A program made the translations under genes and the position numbers. A stretch of DNA of 64,000 nucleotides from NCBI GenBank assembly GCA_001804285.1, contig MHFR01000068.1:34383-98382 (forward strand), read 5' to 3'. The DNA is from Candidatus Danuiimicrobium aquiferis (GTDB lineage Bacteria > Omnitrophota > Omnitrophia > Omnitrophales > Danuiimicrobiaceae). A model generated the notes under the pieces. It did no database searches, had not been told where the DNA came from, and saw only the letters and a list, made by a program, of their open reading frames with translations. This document shows positions 57,997-64,000 of the stretch, piece by piece (position 1 is the stretch's first letter; each line of letters opens with the position of its first letter).

Positions 57997-58844
57997 TGGA
58001 AGATAAAGTCGCCTTAAAGTCACTTCGAATTGGTATGATTAGCTTTATTAATACGATACCGTTTTATCATCAGCTGTTTGACAAACGCGATAGCGTGTTG
58101 CTTAAAGAAGGAGTCCCTGCCCAAATTAATCAATGGATGCAATCCGGCGAGGTTGATTTTGCCCCGATTTCCTCTATGGAATATGCTCTTCATCCCGATC
58201 AATATGTTCTTTTACCGGATTTATGCATTGGATCGAGAGATTTTTCACGCAGTGTTTTATTGCTGAGTCATGAAAAGATTGAGGGGTTGAACGAAGAAAC
58301 AATCGTTTTAACAAGTAAGAGTTTGAGTTCTCGGGCACTGCTCAAAATTTTACTCAAAGTCAAATATCGCTTTGATAATTTTTTTGTTGAGTCTGATGAC
58401 ACGCCTGAAAAGATGCTTCAAAAAGGAAAAGCGGCACTTGTGATCGGTGATGAAGCGCTTTTCTATAAATCGCGAGAGTTTGTTTATAAATATGATTTAA
58501 GCGAACTTTGGTGGAATTGGCACCAGCTCCCGTTTTGTTTTTCGCTATGGGCGGTGCGCAAAGAATTTTTTCTACGTCAACCGCAAGTGGTGATGGAGTT
58601 TTATAAAAAATTAAAAGCAAATACCGAACATAATTTGCTGGATCTCGAATCCTTGATCCGGGATTCGTTGGGGTATACGCTTGCGGATGATTATTTTTCA
58701 GCCGTGTTTGGGTATCTTTTTAATTTAAATTATTATATAGACGAGCCTATGTTAAAAGGTTTGAATATTTTTTACGAATATGCCCAACGGATCGGGCTCG
58801 TTCCGAAGGTTGCGCAGCTTAAATTTCTTGAAAGTCCTAGATGA
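57996..58844 (+). CDS. mqnA: Chorismate dehydratase
   Basis: RIGMISFINTIP, SVLL, IGDEAL, DL.ELW...LPFCFSLWA. Confidence 0.88.
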   Translation: MEDKVALKSLRIGMISFINTIPFYHQLFDKRDSVLLKEGVPAQINQWMQSGEVDFAPISSMEYALHPDQYVLLPDLCIGSRDFSRSVLLLSHEKIEGLNEETIVLTSKSLSSRALLKILLKVKYRFDNFFVESDDTPEKMLQKGKAALVIGDEALFYKSREFVYKYDLSELWWNWHQLPFCFSLWAVRKEFFLRQPQVVMEFYKKLKANTEHNLLDLESLIRDSLGYTLADDYFSAVFGYLFNLNYYIDEPMLKGLNIFYEYAQRIGLVPKVAQLKFLESPR

Positions 58845-59935
58845 CGTTTGGGGTTCATTTAGACTGCCCGCCAGAAACCTTTTTAGAAAATGTAATCAGA
58901 GGGGAAAGATTAACGGCCGAAAAGGCTCTTCAATTGTTTTCCGTAGACCTTTCTATTCTGGGAAAAGCAGCAGCGGCTGTTTGCAGGAAATTTCATCCCG
59001 ATCCTGTAGCTACGTTTGTCATTGACCGAAACATTAGTTGCACAAACGTATGTGTGGCTGAATGTGATTTCTGCGCGTTTCATTGTGCGCCGGACCATCC
59101 CAAAGCTTATGTTTTGAAGGAAGATGAAATTCTAAGCAAAGTCAGGGAGCTTGTTGATTCCGGCGGAACGCAAGTTTTAATCCAAGGAGGGCTTAATCCC
59201 GATCTTCCGTTCGACTATTATTTGAATATGGTCAAGCGGATCCATCAAGAATTTCCACAAGTTCATATCCATTCTTTTTCTGCCGTTGAAATCGATTTTC
59301 TATCAAGAAAAGCAAAGAAATCAATCGAAGAAATTTTGAATGAACTGAAAAACGCCGGTTTAAATTCACTTCCGGGAGGCGGTGCGGAAATTTTAGTTGA
59401 CCGGGTCCGTCAAAAGATTAGTCCCCGAAAAATTTCAGCCGATGGATGGATACAGTGCATGAGAACGGTTCACCGTCTTGGTTTGAAATCGACGGCAACG
59501 ATGGTTTTTGGACATATTGAAACATTGGAAGAACGAATTCAGCATTTAAACCGGATTCGAGAACTGCAGGATAAAACACACGGTTTCCGTGCGTTTATTC
59601 CATGGTCACTTTCGCCGTGCGGAACGCCACGGATGAGCGAGATTCCTCCTGCCGGCGGAATTGATTATTTGAAGATGGTTGCGATTTCGAGACTCTTTCT
59701 CGACAATATCCCCAATATCCAGGCGGGTTGGCTCACGGAAGGGGTGAAATTAGCTCAGGTGGCACTTGCTTTCGGCGCCAATGACATGGGCGGAATATTA
59801 TTTGAAGATAAGGTTTTAGAGCCTACGGGAATTCAGGTCAAAACGAAAGTCCAAGATATGGTTCGTTTTATTCGCGAAGCGGGTTTGGTCCCGGCTCAGC
59901 GCGACACAAATTATCAAATTCTTAAAACATTTTAA
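58841..59935 (+). CDS. mqnC: Cyclic dehypoxanthine futalosine synthase (radical SAM)
   Basis: DRNISCTNVCVAECDFCAF, PGGGAEIL, TATMVFGH, FGANDMG. Confidence 0.88.
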   Translation: MTFGVHLDCPPETFLENVIRGERLTAEKALQLFSVDLSILGKAAAAVCRKFHPDPVATFVIDRNISCTNVCVAECDFCAFHCAPDHPKAYVLKEDEILSKVRELVDSGGTQVLIQGGLNPDLPFDYYLNMVKRIHQEFPQVHIHSFSAVEIDFLSRKAKKSIEEILNELKNAGLNSLPGGGAEILVDRVRQKISPRKISADGWIQCMRTVHRLGLKSTATMVFGHIETLEERIQHLNRIRELQDKTHGFRAFIPWSLSPCGTPRMSEIPPAGGIDYLKMVAISRLFLDNIPNIQAGWLTEGVKLAQVALAFGANDMGGILFEDKVLEPTGIQVKTKVQDMVRFIREAGLVPAQRDTNYQILKTF

Positions 59936-59951
59936 TCAATCCGGCCCAGCG

Positions 59952-60662
59952 GTGAAGCGAATGAAAAAACGTGTTGATCGAAAAAACATTCAGATTTTAT
60001 TCAATCGAATTGCGGGGCACTATGATTTTCTGAATACATTCCTGAGTTTTGGTTTTGAGAAACGATGGCGAATTCAGTTTGCTGAAATGAGTGTCAATGG
60101 TTCTGAACGGGCAATTCTGGATGTTGGGGTAGGCACCGGAAAGACGTTAAATGCTTTAAGGGAAAAGAATCCCGAAGCGGTTATTGTCGGATGTGATTTT
60201 TCGGAAAAGATGCTCGGGAAGGCGCAGAAGAAATTTTCCACCGCCGGATTTTTTGTTACCGGTGATTTTCACGAACTTCCATTTGCGCCGAATAGTTTCG
60301 ATCTCGTGACGGGCAGCTTTGTTTTGAGAAGTGTGGAGAATATGTCTCGATTTTTATCTGAAATCAAACGTATTTTAAGGCCGGGCGGACGAGTGGCTTT
60401 TTTGGAATTGACGCGCCCTCGAAATTTTTTATTTTTTAAATTGATTTACCAACCCTATTTGCGGTTTTATTTACCGGCAATCGGCGGCCTTGTGTCCGGG
60501 CGTAGAGAATCGTATCAATTTCTTTCGGATTCAATTCGAGGATTTGACGACCCGATTGATTTTAAAATTCTGATGGAGAAAAACGGATTCGATTCTGTTA
60601 TAATCCACCCTTTAATGAATGGAATTGTAACCATAATTTATGGAGAAAATAGGCCGGAATGA
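59952..60662 (+). CDS. menG: Demethylmenaquinone methyltransferase (UbiE/MenG)
   Basis: FNRIAGHYDFLN.FLSFG, LDVGVGTG, LRPGGR, YQFLSDSI. Confidence 0.9.
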   Translation: MKRMKKRVDRKNIQILFNRIAGHYDFLNTFLSFGFEKRWRIQFAEMSVNGSERAILDVGVGTGKTLNALREKNPEAVIVGCDFSEKMLGKAQKKFSTAGFFVTGDFHELPFAPNSFDLVTGSFVLRSVENMSRFLSEIKRILRPGGRVAFLELTRPRNFLFFKLIYQPYLRFYLPAIGGLVSGRRESYQFLSDSIRGFDDPIDFKILMEKNGFDSVIIHPLMNGIVTIIYGENRPE

Positions 60663-61540
60663 AAAATATTTTAAAAGCAGTTTTTGTCGTTTTAATTGTG
60701 ACAAGTATTTTATTGGCGAGTGCATTACTGACTCCGCTCATTTTTCGTATTCTTCCGTTTTTTAAATTTGAACGGATCTTCCGCCGATTAGTAACCATTT
60801 TCGTGGTGGGTTTGGCTATTTTTGTGGTCAGCCGTGAAAAGTGGAGCTGGAAAAGATATGGTTTTGATTTTTCGGTTTCATGGCTGAGCTTGTTTTTATA
60901 TGGGCTGATCGGTGGCGCGATCACATTGGGTATCATGACTTTGGCAGAAACTGTTTGGGGACCGTATTTTGTGCGGGATAATATATCTATCGGTCGTACC
61001 ATCGAATGGTTTTTTAAAGGGCTTGTTTCCGGGATATCTATCGGGTTTCTCGAGGAATTTTTCTTTAGAGGGTTTGTGTATAAACAGTTGGAATCAAGAG
61101 TGAAAGTAGTGGCGGCACTCATTCTGACAAATATTTTTTATGCGGCAGTTCATTTCTGGGACAGCCGGGGAATTTTTGTTCAGAATCCGCCTACGTTTCA
61201 TGATGGTATTCATTTGTTAAAGGTCCATTTGAGCCCGTTTTTAAATACCCCGATGGAAACCCTTCCTCAATTTATGGGTTTGTTTATTTTTGGATTGGTT
61301 TTAAACTTTGCTTTTCTTCGGACGCGAACTTTATTTCTATCTATAGGGATTCATGCAGGTGTTGTTTTCTTGATTAAATTTCAAAAAGCCATTGTTTTAA
61401 AAGAAACTGAGGGGCATCATTGGCTCTGGAGACATTTATCTTTATATGATGCGCCAGTCGAGTGGGTGATTGTTAGCGGTTTACTTTTAATCCTTGTTTT
61501 CTTTTTGGTTCCGAAAAAATTGATTAAGGACTCAAAATAG
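60659..61540 (+). CDS. CPBP/CAAX (Abi) intramembrane metalloprotease
   Basis: EEFFFRG, FYAAVH, IGIHAG. Confidence 0.88.
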   Translation: MKNILKAVFVVLIVTSILLASALLTPLIFRILPFFKFERIFRRLVTIFVVGLAIFVVSREKWSWKRYGFDFSVSWLSLFLYGLIGGAITLGIMTLAETVWGPYFVRDNISIGRTIEWFFKGLVSGISIGFLEEFFFRGFVYKQLESRVKVVAALILTNIFYAAVHFWDSRGIFVQNPPTFHDGIHLLKVHLSPFLNTPMETLPQFMGLFIFGLVLNFAFLRTRTLFLSIGIHAGVVFLIKFQKAIVLKETEGHHWLWRHLSLYDAPVEWVIVSGLLLILVFFLVPKKLIKDSK

Positions 61541-61613
61541 CCATCGTTTTTAAATCTAAATATTCCGGCGGCATTGTCGATTTTTAAATAAGAAACTGTA
61601 GAAGGAGTCGGGC

Positions 61614-62411
61614 GTGGAAAAGACGGCGCAGGGGATAGTTCGAACCGTTAAAAGTTTTTCTTATCCGAAAATATGCAAGTTTATTTCTATTTTCTTCATT
61701 TTTTTTATTTTTCATCAAAACTGTATTTTCGCTCAACAGGATGATAAAGGAATAGACGGCCCAAAGCTCATATCGAAAAGATTTGTTCCGTTGCCGCAAT
61801 TACAGACACCAACTCCTGTTGAGGAGATAAAATCGGTTCCTCAAGAGCAAGAAGTTGAAGAGAAAAAAGAAATAAGTGAATCGGAAGAAGTTCCCCCCGG
61901 AGAAGAGCCCGATGTTGAAGAAAAGTGCCAAGATGGGGTGATGGATGTTTCGGGTGCACCGGGCTGCTCGGCTCATTATACAAAGTGTATGCCTTCTGGA
62001 CGTTGCACAATGGGGGCGATAGAGGGAACCGTGCAGCAACAGAAGACCGAACGGCATTCCATTTCCGTCGCTGGGGGCTGTATTCAGCTATCGGTTTCAC
62101 AGCAAGTGACGTGCGGTTGTGATGGAAAAGTGCAATCGGCAGTTGCATCCGTTGAAAGCTGTTCAGTTGAAAAAATTTGTATGCCGGATGAAATTAAAGA
62201 AGTATTTAGTACCGGTGAGTGCTCTCCTGACATGAGTACCAAGGTGCTTCCTTCAGCTTGTGGCGGCGGTGGAGCGAGCATCAGTGAAACTGGAGGGCAA
62301 ATCAATTGGGAAAATGGTTGCAATGAATGGCGTTCTCAATCATTTTCTATTCCCAAAGCGACTTGCCAAGCAGTGGTGGCTCCTTCTAACTGTCCGAGCG
62401 ATCATATTTAA
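61614..62411 (+). CDS. Cysteine-rich secreted hypothetical protein
   Basis: Hydrophobic signal-like segment, acidic P/E linker, 14 Cys in the C-terminal ~160 aa. Confidence 0.65.
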   Translation: MEKTAQGIVRTVKSFSYPKICKFISIFFIFFIFHQNCIFAQQDDKGIDGPKLISKRFVPLPQLQTPTPVEEIKSVPQEQEVEEKKEISESEEVPPGEEPDVEEKCQDGVMDVSGAPGCSAHYTKCMPSGRCTMGAIEGTVQQQKTERHSISVAGGCIQLSVSQQVTCGCDGKVQSAVASVESCSVEKICMPDEIKEVFSTGECSPDMSTKVLPSACGGGGASISETGGQINWENGCNEWRSQSFSIPKATCQAVVAPSNCPSDHI

Positions 62412-63775
62412 CGTTTGCAGATAAAAACGCTTCCGCGGATTTCCTTGGCTTTATGTTTCATCTCAACCAGGCGGTTTGTGATTTCGGCGTAACTTGCAAA
62501 ATCCAGATTCTCATTCGATATTCCGGCAAGTGATATTGACATAAGCGGAATTCTGGTGAGTGGAGTCCCTTCCGATTCCCCGGATGCCCGTCGCTCATGA
62601 CCCATGATATATCCGTTTTGCCGGTCTTTTTCGTTGTAAAGAAGTTTGATTTTTTCGTCAAATTCTTTGATGATATAGTTTGTGATCGATTCAGCATTTT
62701 TTGGTGTCGTTACGACAACGAAATCATCTCCTCCTTCATGTCCAAGAAAATCGGTTTGCGTTCCTTTTGCTTCTAAGGCGTCTTTGAGAATTTGAGCTGT
62801 CAGTTTGATGGCTTGGTCGCCTTTTTCAATACCGTAGGCATCGTTGAAGGCTTTAAAATTATCTAAGTCCGAATGGATGACAACGAATTTAGCTCCGAAT
62901 TTGATTCTCCGGCTGATATCGGATTCGATCGCGATATTTCCGGGGAGGTGAGTGAGCGGATTCGCATTTTGGGCAATCATTTTCATTTCCGCAATTTTTT
63001 CCGCCATATGATTAAATGTATTAGCAAGGATTTCAATTTCATCGCCGGTATTGACATCAACACGTTTTGAAAAATTTTCCGCCATAATTTCTTGAGAAGC
63101 TTCATTCAGTTTAAGTAATGGGCTGACCAAATGTTTTGCAAGACTTCTTGTCAGGTAGAAGACGATGCTGAGGATGACCAAAGCCGTTAACCAGATGGAT
63201 ATATAGCTGCGCTTAATGGCTTCACTGATTTTTCCGAGAGAAAAACTTGTTTTGTAAACCAGAACCATTTCATTATTTTGCATAATCGGCAGATAAACAT
63301 CAATTTTTCGCTGTTTTCGATTTGCATAGGAGTATAGCCACTGATGATCTAATTTAGCGGAAACTTCGAGCTCTCGGATCTTGTCTGTGTCATATGGATC
63401 TACATTGATTGATGCGGGTAATGAGCGATCTATCTTTCCATCCGGCTGGAAGATAATCATGTAATTTAGGAGGCCATTTGTTATTAATGGTTTAGAAATT
63501 TCTTCAATTTTGTTAGCTAAAATACTGGGGGAAAGGCCGGATTTTTGAAGGTCTGTCAGTTTTTCGTGGAGAATATATGATGCGAATTGTGCTCGGCTTG
63601 TGCTTTCTTGTTGGATGGTTCTGGTTTCAGCGCCCAGCTGGATGACAATAAAGGCAATCATCAGAAGTGTCGATGGTATAATAACTAACGAAAAAACCCG
63701 TACATAAAGACTTTTTTTCGGTTTCGTGTTTGAATTCATCAAATTGATAACGATTTTCTTTGGACTTACATTCAA
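62408..63775 (-). CDS. Membrane sensor with HAMP and GGDEF-family domain (GGDDF variant)
   Basis: Two TM helices, HAMP (TGDEIEILANTFNHM), NPLTHLPGN, DLDNFKAFND, GHEGGDDF. Confidence 0.9.
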   Translation of the reverse strand: MNVSPKKIVINLMNSNTKPKKSLYVRVFSLVIIPSTLLMIAFIVIQLGAETRTIQQESTSRAQFASYILHEKLTDLQKSGLSPSILANKIEEISKPLITNGLLNYMIIFQPDGKIDRSLPASINVDPYDTDKIRELEVSAKLDHQWLYSYANRKQRKIDVYLPIMQNNEMVLVYKTSFSLGKISEAIKRSYISIWLTALVILSIVFYLTRSLAKHLVSPLLKLNEASQEIMAENFSKRVDVNTGDEIEILANTFNHMAEKIAEMKMIAQNANPLTHLPGNIAIESDISRRIKFGAKFVVIHSDLDNFKAFNDAYGIEKGDQAIKLTAQILKDALEAKGTQTDFLGHEGGDDFVVVTTPKNAESITNYIIKEFDEKIKLLYNEKDRQNGYIMGHERRASGESEGTPLTRIPLMSISLAGISNENLDFASYAEITNRLVEMKHKAKEIRGSVFICKR

Positions 63776-63869
63776 GTCGCTATAGTTTATTAGTTCAAGT
63801 TATATCCATATATCGGACTGATGAGGATATGTATTTACTCTCTTTTAAACAACAATCAAGAGACAAGAA

Positions 63870-64000
63870 ATGTTAAATAAAAAAGTTTTTGGTGTCGAGT
63901 TTCTTGTCGCATCGGTCGTTGTCATTTTCTTAATTGTTTATAACTTTTTTTTAATTGATGTTTCTCTCCAAGAAGTCAGATTTGCGTTGGGGCAAGTGAA
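63870..64000 (+). CDS. 5' end of a membrane-anchored protein (truncated by window edge)
   Basis: Manual translation MLNKKVFGVEFLVASVVVIFLIVYNFFLIDVSLQEVRFALGQV..., open to the end of the window. Confidence 0.5.
   Translation, partial: MLNKKVFGVEFLVASVVVIFLIVYNFFLIDVSLQEVRFALGQV

Noticed and set aside
159-63070. Numerous 60-170 aa ORFs antisense to or inside the called genes
   Set aside because: They are shadow frames of well-supported CDSs and carry no motifs of their own.

Overview
Bacterial chromosomal window, almost all genes on the + strand. Gene content and style suggest a PVC-superphylum organism, possibly Ca. Omnitrophota (inference only). In order: (1) sulfate assimilation and a sulfur-carrier-protein (ThiS/MoeB/JAB/MetY/Sir) homocysteine pathway, followed by a cobA pseudogene; (2) tRNA-Leu(TAA) in a decayed, repeat-rich region; (3) fused EtfB-EtfA and fused FixC-FixX/ETF-QO; (4) htpX, a J-domain protein, a YbhB-family protein and an M16 peptidase; (5) a cobalamin-riboswitch operon: TonB receptor, TonB, two PP-loop amide-ligase-like enzymes, btuFCD; (6) a type II secretion/type IV pilus-like cluster whose secretin carries a TonB-C-like tail and which has a metallopeptidase where the major pseudopilin usually lies; (7) GTP-PEPCK, receiver proteins, sulfotransferase, coiled-coil proteins, aroA, mreBCD-mrdA-rodA, futalosine-type menaquinone genes, a CAAX protease, a Cys-rich secreted protein and a GGDEF-family protein. 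The first 31 kb holds many small palindromic elements (TGTCATTCCCGC...GCGGGAAT REP/RPE-like dimers and other hairpin families) that nest inside each other; three are translated in frame inside proteins. Best candidates for something new: this nested palindrome system and the B12-regulated two-amide-ligase cassette. All calls were made by eye; no database searches were run.
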